64,000 bases of DNA, from positions 14,950 through 78,949 of the forward strand of contig JAGFJJ010000069.1 in NCBI GenBank assembly GCA_024102815.1, given 5' to 3'. The DNA comes from Phycisphaerae bacterium. GTDB taxonomy: Bacteria > Planctomycetota > Phycisphaerae > UBA1845. The position numbers were made by a program, and so were the translations under genes. Shown piece by piece: positions 37,778-48,138 of this stretch (the first letter of the stretch is position 1; each line of letters opens with the position of its first letter). The notes beneath the pieces are model-generated. The model saw nothing but the letters and a program-made list of their open reading frames with translations, ran no database searches and was not told where the DNA came from.

Positions 37778-39424
37778 TTACAACCTCTTCGGCCCCGCCT
37801 TGCGGACGTCTTCCGCGCAACCGTCGGAGAAGAGCTTGAAGTTCTCCAGGTAGCGGGCGGCCAGGGCGTCGTACTTCTTCCAGTACTCGTCCTTGTTGCC
37901 CCAGGTATTGGAGGGGTCGAGCACGTCGGCCGGGACTTCCGGGCAGCTCTTGGGAACTTCGAAGCCGAAGAGTTTGTCCTTGCGGAACTCGGCCTCCTTG
38001 AGCTTGCCGTCCAGGGCGGCGTTGAGCAGGGCGCGGGTGTGGTGAATGCTCATGCGCTTGCCCACGCCGAAGGGGCCGCCGGACCAGCCGGTGTTGACCA
38101 GCCAGCAGGCCGCGCCGTGGCGGCTCATCTTCTCCTGGAGCAGGCGAGCGTACTCAAAGGGGTGGTGGACCATGAACGGAGCACCGAAGCAGGCGCTGAA
38201 GGTGATCTGCGGCTCGGTGCCCAGCCCGATCTCCGTGCCCGCGATCTTCGAGGTGTAGCCGCTGATAAAGTGGTACATGGCCTGCTGTGGGTTCAGCCGG
38301 GCAATGGGCGGCAGCACGCCGGAAGCATCGCAGGTCAGGAAGATCACATTCTTCGGGTGCGAGCGGGCCATGCGATCCGGAATGGTGTTCTCGATGAACT
38401 CCAGGGGATACGAACAGCGCGTGTTCTCGGTGAGGCGATCCTCGTCCAGATCGATGCAGCGCGAGGTCGGATCGTAGGCCACGTTCTCCAGGATCGTGCC
38501 GAAGCGGCGCGTTGTGGCGTAGATCTGCGGCTCGTGTTGTGGAGAGAGGCGGATCACCTTCGCATAGCAGCCGCCCTCGAAGTTGAACACACCGTTGTCG
38601 CTCCAGCCGTGCTCGTCGTCGCCGATGAGGGCGCGGTGGGGGTCGGCCGAGAGCGTGGTTTTGCCCGTTCCGGAAAGGCCGAAGAACAGGGCGACGTCGC
38701 CGTCCCGGCCGACGTTGGCCGAGCAGTGCATGGCCATGACGCCCTTGAGCGGCAGCAGAAAGTTCATCACGGTGAAAATGGTCTTCTTGATCTCGCCGCC
38801 GTAGCTGGTGTCGGTGATCAGCGCCATGCGCTGGGCGAAGTTAAGTACGATGCCGGTCTCGCCGCGCGTGCCGTCGATCGTGGGATCGCACTTGAAGCTG
38901 GGGACGGCGATGACCGTGAATTCGGGCACGTGCTTCTTGCAGGCCTCGATGCTGTCGAGGGGGATGAACATGTTGCGGGCGAAGTGGCTCTGCCAGGCCG
39001 TGTCCGTGATGATGCGGATGGGCATGCGGTACTCGGGGTCGGCCCCGACGTAGCAGTCCTGAACGAACAGCTCCTCGCCCTGGAGAAAAGCCTGCAAGCG
39101 TTGCAGGAGGGCGTTGAACTTGTCCGTGCTGAAGGGGCGGTTGTAGTTACCCCACCAGATTTTTTCTTCCGTCGAGGCCTCGTGGACAATGTACTTGTCC
39201 GCCGCGGCGCGTGCCGTGTGCTTGCCGGTGTGCACCACGAAGGCGCCGCCGTGGGTAAGATGTCCCTCGCCACGGAACACCGCCTCCTCCACCAGGGAGG
39301 ACGTGGGCAGGTTCCAGAACACCTGGTCCAGATGAGCGAGCCCGTGGTTCTTCAGGCCGAAGTCACTGGCCAGATCCCTGGCTTGCTTTGCCGCAGGCGT
39401 AGCGAATTCGAGGTATTTCGGCAT
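37778..39424 (-). CDS. pckA: Phosphoenolpyruvate carboxykinase (ATP)
   Basis: 548 aa. Kinase-1a GLSGTGKTT; the N-terminal and C-terminal regions of ATP-PEPCK are conserved throughout. Confidence 0.9.
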   Translation of the reverse strand: MPKYLEFATPAAKQARDLASDFGLKNHGLAHLDQVFWNLPTSSLVEEAVFRGEGHLTHGGAFVVHTGKHTARAAADKYIVHEASTEEKIWWGNYNRPFSTDKFNALLQRLQAFLQGEELFVQDCYVGADPEYRMPIRIITDTAWQSHFARNMFIPLDSIEACKKHVPEFTVIAVPSFKCDPTIDGTRGETGIVLNFAQRMALITDTSYGGEIKKTIFTVMNFLLPLKGVMAMHCSANVGRDGDVALFFGLSGTGKTTLSADPHRALIGDDEHGWSDNGVFNFEGGCYAKVIRLSPQHEPQIYATTRRFGTILENVAYDPTSRCIDLDEDRLTENTRCSYPLEFIENTIPDRMARSHPKNVIFLTCDASGVLPPIARLNPQQAMYHFISGYTSKIAGTEIGLGTEPQITFSACFGAPFMVHHPFEYARLLQEKMSRHGAACWLVNTGWSGGPFGVGKRMSIHHTRALLNAALDGKLKEAEFRKDKLFGFEVPKSCPEVPADVLDPSNTWGNKDEYWKKYDALAARYLENFKLFSDGCAEDVRKAGPKRL

Positions 39425-39540
39425 GGGAGCACTCTGCGATTATTTCAGGTTAACGACTTCGATGGCAATCGCCCAGTAACCCACTGAGCAGTTCTGCTTT
39501 CTCATTCCGCATTCCGCATTCACAATTCAACATTCACTCC

Positions 39541-40758
39541 CTACATCCAGTCGCGTACGAGCTTGCGGTTACCGATGTAGAGCTCGTTCGGCGCGTTGGG
39601 ATCCAGCGCCCACTTCATCCGCTCGATGCCCTCGGTGATGTCCTTGATCGCCCCGCAGGTGGAAAGCCGCAGGTGGCCGTCCAATCCGAATTCGATCCCC
39701 GGCACGGTAAGCACGCGGACCTTGTCCACGAGCATCTGGGCGAGCTTGGATGAGTTCTTGTCGTAGTAGCTGAAATCCGCGAAGCAATAGAAGGTTCCGT
39801 CAGGCGTATGACAGCGCACGCCTTCAAAGGACTTGAGCAGGCTCACCAGGACGTTGCGGTTGTTCTCCAGCGTCAGGCGGAGACTTTCCACGCTGGACTG
39901 TACGCCGTTGAGCGCCGCCGCCGCGGCGTGCTGGAGCAGAACCGAAGGTCCTGACGTCTGGTGGCCCTGGATGTTGGTCATCGTCTCGATGAGTTTCTTG
40001 TTGGCGACCGCCCAGCCGATGCGGAAACCGGTCATGGCGTACTGCTTGGATACCCCGTTGATGACCACGAGCTTGGAACTCTCGCCCAGGTCCTTGGCGT
40101 AGTTGTAGCAGTTGAGCGGCTTGCGCCCGTCGAAGAGCAGGCGCTGGTAGATGTCGTCCATGATGAGGTACAGCCCGCGCTTCTCGCAGAACTGGACGAT
40201 GTCGCTGATGAACGACTCGGAATAGGCCGCGCCCGTCGGGTTGTTCGGGCTATTGATGATGACGGCTTTCGTGTAGCTGCCGACCTTCTGCTCGATGTCG
40301 CGCAGCGTGGGATAGAAGCTGCCGTCTTCGGGAATGACCGGAACGGGGACCGCGCCGCAAAGCTTCACCATTTCCGGATAGCTCACCCAGTAGGGACAGG
40401 GGAAGACGACTTCGTCCTGCGGGTTCAGAATGGCCTGAAGGCAGACCATGATCGCCTGCTTCGCCCCGCCGGAAGCCATGACATGCTCCGGCGCGACCTT
40501 CCGGGCGTAGCATTCTTCCGTGTTGCGGATGATCGCCTTTTTCAGCGCGGGTATACCGTCGGCCGGTGTGTAGCGGATTTCACCTGTGCCGAGCAGGGCC
40601 GCGGCCGCGACGATCGCGTCCATCGGCGGTTTGCTCTTGGGTTCGCCGCCGCCTAGGTGAATGACCGGTTCGCCCTTTTCGCGTAGCAGCGCGGCCGTCT
40701 CGTTGAGCTTGAGCGTTGCCGACTGCCCGATGGAACGTGCGATCTGGCTGAGACTCAT
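39541..40758 (-). CDS. Pyridoxal-phosphate-dependent aminotransferase, class I/II (aspartate aminotransferase-like)
   Basis: 405 aa; SPNNPTG and PLP-Lys region SKQYAMTGFRIGW. Confidence 0.8.
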   Translation of the reverse strand: MSLSQIARSIGQSATLKLNETAALLREKGEPVIHLGGGEPKSKPPMDAIVAAAALLGTGEIRYTPADGIPALKKAIIRNTEECYARKVAPEHVMASGGAKQAIMVCLQAILNPQDEVVFPCPYWVSYPEMVKLCGAVPVPVIPEDGSFYPTLRDIEQKVGSYTKAVIINSPNNPTGAAYSESFISDIVQFCEKRGLYLIMDDIYQRLLFDGRKPLNCYNYAKDLGESSKLVVINGVSKQYAMTGFRIGWAVANKKLIETMTNIQGHQTSGPSVLLQHAAAAALNGVQSSVESLRLTLENNRNVLVSLLKSFEGVRCHTPDGTFYCFADFSYYDKNSSKLAQMLVDKVRVLTVPGIEFGLDGHLRLSTCGAIKDITEGIERMKWALDPNAPNELYIGNRKLVRDWM

Positions 40759-40967
40759 CGTGGTTCTCGTCAGGGGTTGCTTCAGGTTACGTTGCGCCCG
40801 TTAAACAACGCAGGCCCGCGGCCGGCGGAAACTTGCCCGATGCGCCCATGGGCGCTCATCTGCGCGGGCGGCCGAACGCGGGCGAGACCATCAGCGGAAA
40901 GCCTGCAAGGCTCATGCCACGCGGGTGACGGGAGGGCGGAGTTGCCGACAGGGGCTCCCGGGAGCCG

Positions 40968-42146
40968 TCAGGACGCCAGGAACTGCTCGAGGCGGTTGAG
41001 GCCTTCGTCGATGTGGGCCAAGGTTGCCCCGAAAGACAGGCGAATGTGGTCGTCCATGCCGAATGCCAGCCCCGGCACGACGGCCACGCGGGCGCGCTCC
41101 AGCAGCAGGTCGGCGAATTCCACGGAACCCGAAACCCCCAGATTCGCGTATGTCGCGCCAACATTGGGAAAGCAGAAGAATGCACCCGTGGGCTTGGGGC
41201 ACCAGACGCCGCGCATCGACGCCAGGCGCGGATACATGTAGTTGCCCCGCGCCTCGAACTCCCGCCGCATTTCCTCCACGACGGTCTGATCGCCGGCAAG
41301 GGCCTCGGCCAGGGCGTACTGGTTGAACGTGCAGGCCCCGCTGGTGGTCTGCGACTGGAGCTTGTCCATCGCCTTGATGATCTCGGCCGGCCCGGCGGCG
41401 TACCCGAGCCGCCAGCCGGTCATGGCATAGGTCTTGGACGGAGCGTTCACCGTGATCGTCCGGGCGAACGCGGGTTCGCTCACGGCCGCGAAGCTCAACG
41501 CCTGTTGGCCGTGGTAAAGGAGCTGGTCGTAGATCTCGTCGGAGAGCACGAGGAGGTCGCGTTCGGCGAGCACGTTGGCCAGTGCCCGGGTTTCGTCGGG
41601 GTTGTAGGTCACGCCGCTGGGGTTGCACGGGGAGTTCATGATGACCATGCGGGTTCGCGGCGTGAGGACGGCGGCCAGCTCGTCCGGCGTGAGTTTGTAG
41701 TCGTTTTCGCGCCGGCCGGTGACGAAAACCGGAACGCCGCCCGCGAGTCGGACCATCTCCGGATAGCTGACCCAGTAGGGGACGGGGATGACGACCTCGT
41801 CGCCGGGATCGATGACGGCGTGGATGGCCTGGAAGACAGCCATTTTCCCGCCGGGGGTGATGATGACCTGCTCCGGGGTGTAGTTCAGCCCGGCGTCGCG
41901 AGCGAGCTTGGTACAGACGGCCTCCTTGGCGAACTTCAGCCCGGATGCGGGCTTGGAGTAGCCCGTGGCGCCTTCCAGCAGGGCGGCGATAGCGGCCTGC
42001 TTGATGTGGTCCGGGGTGTGGAATTCCGGCTCGCCGGCGCCGAAGGTAATGACATCGATGCCCTCGGCCTTCATCCGCGAGGCCTTGGCCGAGACCGCCA
42101 GCGTGGCGGATTCCTCCAGGTTCAACGTACGTGCGGAAAGCTTCAT
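40968..42146 (-). CDS. Pyridoxal-phosphate-dependent aminotransferase, class I/II (paralog of previous)
   Basis: Start MKLSARTLNLEES (ATG 42144-42146). SPCNPSG and SKTYAMTGWRLGY. The track 5' extension was rejected. Confidence 0.8.
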   Translation of the reverse strand: MKLSARTLNLEESATLAVSAKASRMKAEGIDVITFGAGEPEFHTPDHIKQAAIAALLEGATGYSKPASGLKFAKEAVCTKLARDAGLNYTPEQVIITPGGKMAVFQAIHAVIDPGDEVVIPVPYWVSYPEMVRLAGGVPVFVTGRRENDYKLTPDELAAVLTPRTRMVIMNSPCNPSGVTYNPDETRALANVLAERDLLVLSDEIYDQLLYHGQQALSFAAVSEPAFARTITVNAPSKTYAMTGWRLGYAAGPAEIIKAMDKLQSQTTSGACTFNQYALAEALAGDQTVVEEMRREFEARGNYMYPRLASMRGVWCPKPTGAFFCFPNVGATYANLGVSGSVEFADLLLERARVAVVPGLAFGMDDHIRLSFGATLAHIDEGLNRLEQFLAS

Positions 42147-42483
42147 TGGCTTAGTTCTCCGGTCCCTAAGCGAAGAATCGGCAAAACGTATTGATCGGCC
42201 AAATGCCCGCCCGGCTCGAACGGAGGCTATCTTCGAGGGAGCAGGGGACAGGGGCAAGTCAGGTGCATCGGCCCGGGGTGAGAGGCATTGCTCTTGCGGG
42301 GGACATGAAGCTCCTTTCGCTTGGTTGATTCGAAGTGGACGGGATCGTCGCTCCTTCGGGATCGATCGCGCCCGCAGCCGGCGAACGGGCGGTGGACGTG
42401 CGTCTCCTCCACAAGTAATAACGCGCAAGGGCGCTCAGTCGGGAGTGCGAAAAAAGTGAGCGCCCCGTTATGTGGCGCATTCC

Positions 42484-42503
42484 TAAGTTGAACGTTCAAC
42501 TTA
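42484..42503. promoter_or_regulatory. 20-bp perfect palindrome TAAGTTGAACGTTCAACTTA in AT-rich intergenic region
   Basis: Self-complementary over 20 bp with no spacer; sits between the beta-helix gene 3' end and the aminotransferase 5' region. Confidence 0.3.
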
Positions 42504-42681
42504 AAATGTAAGCAATAGTGACGCTTTATCCGTGTTGCTTTTTCGATTGGGAGGCCAAGCGGAGCCTGGTTGTATCAAGGTGGGGCGCCTGCAGGAAGGG
42601 CGTGGTCGAGCTGACAGATATAGGGTTTGGCGGGAGCCACTTGCGGACACTCGGACGTCAACGCTTTCGCGCGATGAATTA

Positions 42682-45597
42682 TCAAGGAATTGCAAGTTGC
42701 AGAAAACTGAAATCAAGTAAATCGGTGTCGCCGTCGAGATCGACGTCTGAGCACGTGCAAGTCGCACCTTTCGTCATGCCTGGTCCGGCCAGGCAATTGG
42801 CTACGAGGGCGAAGTCGCTCAGGTTAATTGAGGCGCTGCCGTCGCAGTCTCCGCGGGATGGCGTTTCGTAGGCACCCATATCGACGACAGGCGGGGGAGA
42901 ACCACCGGTGTCGGGTGTGATGAGGTCGTCAGTGAAGCGTGGCATCCCGGCGAGGTCCAGCGGGAGAGGTTCAGTTGTGTCGCCATCGCCATCGAGATCA
43001 GCAACATCGGCCGGTACGGCGGAGTTGTCTCCGGCATCGATGCAGGGCGAACCGGGAATCAGGCGCAAGTCGCCGAGGTCGTCGTCGCTTGTTCCCCATA
43101 AACCATCGTGACCCACGCCCGGTGGCTTCAAGAAGAGTGTTTCCGCCGAGATGTTTCCGTCGATTCCGGTCTGGTCGGAGAGCCCAGAGTAATCATACCA
43201 CATATTGCGACCAATGGAGTTATTTCGGAAAAGAGGCGCAGAATCAGGAACCTGTCGGTAGATTCCCGAGTAGTTGAATGCAAACACGGAATTCGCGATT
43301 GTCGGTGACGAATTGTGAAAGGAGATGGCTCCACCCCGCAGCAGGTACGAGTTATTGGCCACGACGGTGCAGTTGGCCATCTCTGCGTCAGCGAGGTCGA
43401 AGTAGAGACCCCCGCCTTCGATCTTGGCACGATTGCTGCTAATCGTGCTGTTCGAAATTCCTGGAGAGGCTGCGGAAACGTACACGCCGCCGCCGTTCGT
43501 TTCCGCAGTGTTGCCGTGAATGATTGTGCTTACAATCTGAGGCGTTGAGGATGTAACGTAGATCCCACCCCCTTTATCAGCCGTATTGTCGCGAATGCTG
43601 CAGTTTTTTAGTCGCACAGCAGGCCCCCCCAAACAAATGCCACCGCCCAATTGACCAGCGGTGTTACCCGAGATAGTGCAAGAAACGAAGCCGATAGGCG
43701 ATTGCGAGACCGAAACACCAGCGCAGTTATCAGCAGAATTGTTGGAGAAGATGCTGTTCACGACGTCTGAGTAGGATCTGTACAGAGAAATTCCGCCAGC
43801 GCTCTCGGCGTGATTGGAAGTGACCGTCATGTTCGCTACGGCCGGAGAGGCCGACCAAATCCGCATGCCGCCTCCCCAAGTCGCATGGCCATGCGTCAGC
43901 GTGAAGCCATCGATCCGGCTTGTGTGATGGCCAATTTCGGCAACGACCACCGAACCAAGGTCGTCGCCATCGAGGGTCGTGATATTGGCCTTCCAGTCAC
44001 GCTCGGTGCGTGCTGTTTCCGAGCCGTTAAAGCCGCCATAGAGATACACATAAGGCGGAAGATTAACGCGCTCATGATAAGTGCCGCCCTGCACCCAGAC
44101 TTCGCCGCAGGTTGCGGCGGCTGCGTCAATGCCGGCTTGTACAGTGCGCTTGGCGGCACTCCACGAGGAGCCGTCGTATGCATCGTCGCCGTCAGGGCTG
44201 ACGCGCACGACCAGGGTCGGGCCGGCCGGCCAGACTTCGCGGTCCCATTCGTCGGCGCCAATATCCACCTTTCCACCTTCCGGAAGAACGCGAGGTTGTC
44301 CGTCGATGTCGTGGTCGCCGATCGCGAACGCGTTGTCGCCGGCGTGTTTGCAGGGCGAATCAAACTGGAGATGCACGTTTCCGCAACCAAGGTCGCCGAA
44401 CTTGGGATCAACTGAGATGTTGTCGTCCATTCCCGTGGGGTCAGGGATCGCGCCGGAGAAGGAGGCCTCGCCAAAGAAGCAGTTGGAACGAAAAACCGGC
44501 GATCCGGGCCTGTCGGGGTCCATGTAGATGCCCGTCAAGTTGTGGGCAACGATCGTATTTGTAACCGTTGGAGAGGACCGGTCCGCGAGGTAGATGCCAG
44601 CACCAACCTGCGCCGTGTTGCTCGCAATCGTGTTGTTTGCAAGTGTCGGGGATGAGCCATCCAAATACATTCCGCCGCCGTTCATGCCAGCGGAGTTCTC
44701 CAGTATGACGCTGTTGGCGAGCTGGGGAGACGCACTGTCTAAGAATATTCCGCCACCATCGTACCGGGCATAGTTGTGCCGGGTCGTAAAGCCCAATAGC
44801 GTGGGATTACAGTCATAAACGTACAACCCGGCCCCATCGTTGGATGCAGTATTCCTCGTAATCATGAAGTTGGACAACGTGGTATCGCAGTCGGAAAGGT
44901 AGAGACCGCCACCGCCGCCAGCGTGGTTGTACGCAAGCGTGATATCCGAAGCGACAAGGTCGGCGGAAAAGACCATGATTCCACCGCCGCGGTCACTCGA
45001 GTTACGCAGGACTTCGACGCTTTCGAGGACAGGCGCGCCGTCAGTGATATAGATGCCACCGCCGAGAACGTACGCAAAGTTGTCCGAGATTGTGCACTTC
45101 GTAATCCTGAGGAAGGCATTGTTGAGATACATCCCGCCGCCGACCAGCGCGCCACCGTTGCGAACAGTGAAGCCCTCGAATGTAGCGTCTTCTGGTGTCA
45201 AATCGTCGAAGGTGACGACGGTGCCCGCTTGATTGCCATCGATGACCGTCGCGGCGACGATGACCGGATCATCGGGCTTAATACTGCGCAGAGTAATGGA
45301 CTTCGCGGGAAAGAGGATATTCTCGACGTACGCACCTGCCGGAGAGCCGGTCGACGGGAGCACGATGATCGTGTCACCATCCACTGCGGCGTCGAGCGCT
45401 TCCTGTATGGTGGCAAAATCCCAGGTTCCGTTCCAGTCGACGATGATGGTTCGACCGGTGATCGAGGAACGGAGTTGCTCGACGATGAACGGATCGATAG
45501 GGTCAAACGTCCGCGTGTCGGCTGCCAGGGCGGGAAGGGCGAAGGTTAGGATACTGAGGGCACATGGGACCACATGGAATAGGGGGCACGGGGGCAT
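42682..45597 (-). CDS. Secreted right-handed parallel beta-helix repeat protein (pectate-lyase-fold/PbH1 repeats) with C-terminal dockerin-like Ca-binding repeats
   Basis: 971 aa; signal peptide MPPCPLFHVVPCALSILTFALPALAAD; many N..GGG(I/M)Y beta-helix rungs; C-terminal DLDGDGDTTEP and DVDLDGDTDLLDF. Confidence 0.7.
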   Translation of the reverse strand: MPPCPLFHVVPCALSILTFALPALAADTRTFDPIDPFIVEQLRSSITGRTIIVDWNGTWDFATIQEALDAAVDGDTIIVLPSTGSPAGAYVENILFPAKSITLRSIKPDDPVIVAATVIDGNQAGTVVTFDDLTPEDATFEGFTVRNGGALVGGGMYLNNAFLRITKCTISDNFAYVLGGGIYITDGAPVLESVEVLRNSSDRGGGIMVFSADLVASDITLAYNHAGGGGGLYLSDCDTTLSNFMITRNTASNDGAGLYVYDCNPTLLGFTTRHNYARYDGGGIFLDSASPQLANSVILENSAGMNGGGMYLDGSSPTLANNTIASNTAQVGAGIYLADRSSPTVTNTIVAHNLTGIYMDPDRPGSPVFRSNCFFGEASFSGAIPDPTGMDDNISVDPKFGDLGCGNVHLQFDSPCKHAGDNAFAIGDHDIDGQPRVLPEGGKVDIGADEWDREVWPAGPTLVVRVSPDGDDAYDGSSWSAAKRTVQAGIDAAAATCGEVWVQGGTYHERVNLPPYVYLYGGFNGSETARTERDWKANITTLDGDDLGSVVVAEIGHHTSRIDGFTLTHGHATWGGGMRIWSASPAVANMTVTSNHAESAGGISLYRSYSDVVNSIFSNNSADNCAGVSVSQSPIGFVSCTISGNTAGQLGGGICLGGPAVRLKNCSIRDNTADKGGGIYVTSSTPQIVSTIIHGNTAETNGGGVYVSAASPGISNSTISSNRAKIEGGGLYFDLADAEMANCTVVANNSYLLRGGAISFHNSSPTIANSVFAFNYSGIYRQVPDSAPLFRNNSIGRNMWYDYSGLSDQTGIDGNISAETLFLKPPGVGHDGLWGTSDDDLGDLRLIPGSPCIDAGDNSAVPADVADLDGDGDTTEPLPLDLAGMPRFTDDLITPDTGGSPPPVVDMGAYETPSRGDCDGSASINLSDFALVANCLAGPGMTKGATCTCSDVDLDGDTDLLDFSFLQLAIP

Positions 45598-45746
45598 GGG
45601 GAATCCTCTGGTCTTGGGTAGCCGGGTGGCGATCCCGGACAGTCGAACAGGGACACTCCCCTATTTTAACAGTCGAAGTGGACTGAACGCAATGCCAGAA
45701 GTCAATAGATTGGGATTGTCTTTTGGGCTTCGTCCATCTCTTGCTT

Positions 45747-47081
45747 CTACCCCTCCGCCGCCAGAGTTTCGTCGAGGATGCGCAGGCCTACGTCGATCTG
45801 GGCGTCGTTGATGCACAGTGGCGGGGCGAAGCGGATGGCCGTCTCGCCGCAGCCGAGCAGGACCAGGCCGCGGTTGAATGCGCCTTGGAGAATCTTGGCG
45901 CGGAGTTTGGGATCGAACTTGCCGGTGCGGGTGTTCACCACATCGACACCGATCATCAGTCCCAGTCCGCGCACGTTGGCAATGGACTTGCGTTTCTCGG
46001 CGATGGCTTTCAGGCCGTTCATCAGTTGCGGGCCGCGCTGGACGGCGTTGGCCATGAACTCCTTCTCGATGAGTTCCAGCGTGGCGACGGCGGCCGCGCA
46101 GCAGACGGGGTTTCCGCCGAAGGTGCTGCCCTGGGCTCCGGGCGGCCAGGCCATGATCTTATCGCTGGTGATGACGGCACCGATGGGCATTCCGCTGGCC
46201 ATGCCCTTGGCCATAAGGACGACGTCGGGGACGACGTCGAAGTGCTGAAAGGCGAACCACTTGCCGGTCCGGCCGGCGCCGGACTGAATCTCGTCGCAGA
46301 CGAGAAGTATGCCGTGCTTGTCGCAGAGCTCGCGGAGGCGGGCGAGGAATCCCGGCGGGGCGACGTGGTAGCCGCCTTCGCCCTGAAGCGCTTCGACGAA
46401 GATTGCGGCGACTTCCTCGGGGTTCATCTTGTATTTGAAGAGGACGTTCTCGATGGCGTCGACATCGCCGTAGGCGACGTGGTCGGTCATGGGGACGAGG
46501 GGGCCGAAGAACTCCTTCTGACGGGCCTTGGAGCAGGTGAGCGACAGGGCGCCCATGGTCCGGCCGTGGAACGCGCCGTGGAAGGCGATGATGTACTTGC
46601 GGCGTGTATTGTGTCGGGTGAGCTTGATGGTTGCCTCGACCGCCTCGGCTCCGCTGTTGGTGAGCAGCACGCGCTTTTTGTGTGAGCCGGGGGTGATGGC
46701 GGCGAGCTTCTCCATGAGCTCGACCATGACGGGGTAGTAGAAGTCGCTGCCGCAGATATGGATGAGGGAGCGGGCCTGGCGCTCGATGGCCTCAACGACT
46801 TTGGGGTGGCAGTGGCCGGTGGAGCAGACGGCGATTCCCGCGGCGAAGTCGAGGAAGCGGTTGCCGTCGGTGTCCTCGATGACCGATCCTGAGGCGCGCT
46901 TGACCACGAGCGGATAGTCCCGTGTGTTGGAAGGGGAGCTCACGGTCTGGTCCCGGCGGACGAATTCACCGGCGGTCGGTCCGGGCAGGGCGGATTCGAT
47001 CGCGGGCGCGGGGCCGATCCAGTGGGCTGACGACTTGTCTTTTTCCGGCATGTGGTCGGGCTTAACGCTCAGCATAGGCAA
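45747..47081 (-). CDS. Class III aminotransferase (acetylornithine/GABA/omega-aminotransferase family)
   Basis: PLP-Lys region VVLMAKGMASGMPIGA; DEIQSGAGRTGKWFA; N-terminal SSPSNTRDYPLVVKRASG; 444 aa. Confidence 0.8.
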   Translation of the reverse strand: MPMLSVKPDHMPEKDKSSAHWIGPAPAIESALPGPTAGEFVRRDQTVSSPSNTRDYPLVVKRASGSVIEDTDGNRFLDFAAGIAVCSTGHCHPKVVEAIERQARSLIHICGSDFYYPVMVELMEKLAAITPGSHKKRVLLTNSGAEAVEATIKLTRHNTRRKYIIAFHGAFHGRTMGALSLTCSKARQKEFFGPLVPMTDHVAYGDVDAIENVLFKYKMNPEEVAAIFVEALQGEGGYHVAPPGFLARLRELCDKHGILLVCDEIQSGAGRTGKWFAFQHFDVVPDVVLMAKGMASGMPIGAVITSDKIMAWPPGAQGSTFGGNPVCCAAAVATLELIEKEFMANAVQRGPQLMNGLKAIAEKRKSIANVRGLGLMIGVDVVNTRTGKFDPKLRAKILQGAFNRGLVLLGCGETAIRFAPPLCINDAQIDVGLRILDETLAAEG

Positions 47082-47221
47082 TCTCCTGTTGGACCGGCGA
47101 ATCCACCCATCTTATCGACAGAATGGCTGGAATGCGATGTTTGTCGAAGTCCGTCCCGGGTATCCATCGAAACGGTGAGGAACGTCCTGCAACCGTCGTG
47201 CCGCGACGAATCGCGGGGTCG

Positions 47222-47998
47222 TCAGACCTTGGCGTTGGGGGTCCGAGCGGCTTGTGTGCCGTCGGGGAGGTCAACGAGTTCGTAATCACCGAAGATGTTC
47301 GGGGCTTCTTTCTGGAGGATGCGCACGACCTCGGCCGCGAGGGTGCGGATTTCCGTCTCGGCGTGCTCGTTGCAGCGCAGCTCGATGAAGTGCCGCCAGG
47401 CGCGGGCGTTGGCGGTGACGAAGATCTTGGTCTCGGTCGCGTTGGGGAGCACGGATCTTGCGGCCTGGCGGGCCATTTTGCGGCGGAGGGTGCGGTCTTC
47501 CACGTCCGAGAACTTCTCGTGTAAGCCGTTAACCAGCTTGACGTAGGCTTCCTGGGCCCGTTCGACGGCGGTAAGCCAGGTCTGGTGGAGCTCGGGGTCT
47601 CCGGCGATGCAGGCGGGCTCGACGAACTCGGCGACGGATTCGTCGACGTAGCGCTGGGACAATTGGGAGTAGGCGAAACCGGCCCGGTGGCGGACAAGTT
47701 CGTGGGTGAGCGATCTCGAAACACCGGTGAAGATGAAGCTCCAGTTGCTGTGCTCGAGCACGCTGCCGTGGCGGACCTCGCGGATGTGGTCGAGGTAGGC
47801 CGAGTTCCCGCCGGGGCGAGGCTTGGCGAAGCTCATGTAGCAGAGTCGGCCGGCGACTTCGGGCAGGAGTTGTCCGGCGCGATCGGTGTCCGTGGACCAG
47901 TCGGAGACCTCGTGAGCATCGAGGAAGCTCTTGAGTTCCGTGTCGTTCAGGGAGGGTCGGCCGACGAGGTAGGCGGTGGGGCGACGATGGATCTTCAT
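47222..47998 (-). CDS. thyX: FAD-dependent thymidylate synthase
   Basis: ThyX motif RHRAGFAYSQLSQRY (RHRx7S) and overall 258-aa length. Confidence 0.85.
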   Translation of the reverse strand: MKIHRRPTAYLVGRPSLNDTELKSFLDAHEVSDWSTDTDRAGQLLPEVAGRLCYMSFAKPRPGGNSAYLDHIREVRHGSVLEHSNWSFIFTGVSRSLTHELVRHRAGFAYSQLSQRYVDESVAEFVEPACIAGDPELHQTWLTAVERAQEAYVKLVNGLHEKFSDVEDRTLRRKMARQAARSVLPNATETKIFVTANARAWRHFIELRCNEHAETEIRTLAAEVVRILQKEAPNIFGDYELVDLPDGTQAARTPNAKV

Positions 47999-48138
47999 GG
48001 CGGCGGCCTCCTGAACGTTTTCCGTGATTGCGTGACTCCGGTCCTGACGAAGTCGGGGAGGCGATTCTAGCGGAGGGGACGATCGGCGTCATGCGAGCTT
48101 CGTTGCAAGGGAGGGCGCGCGTCGATAGCCTTGGGCGG

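Noticed and set aside
37055-39487. 810-aa plus-strand ORF antisense to pckA and the YWTD gene
   Set aside because: pckA is unambiguous on the minus strand, so this is a shadow frame.
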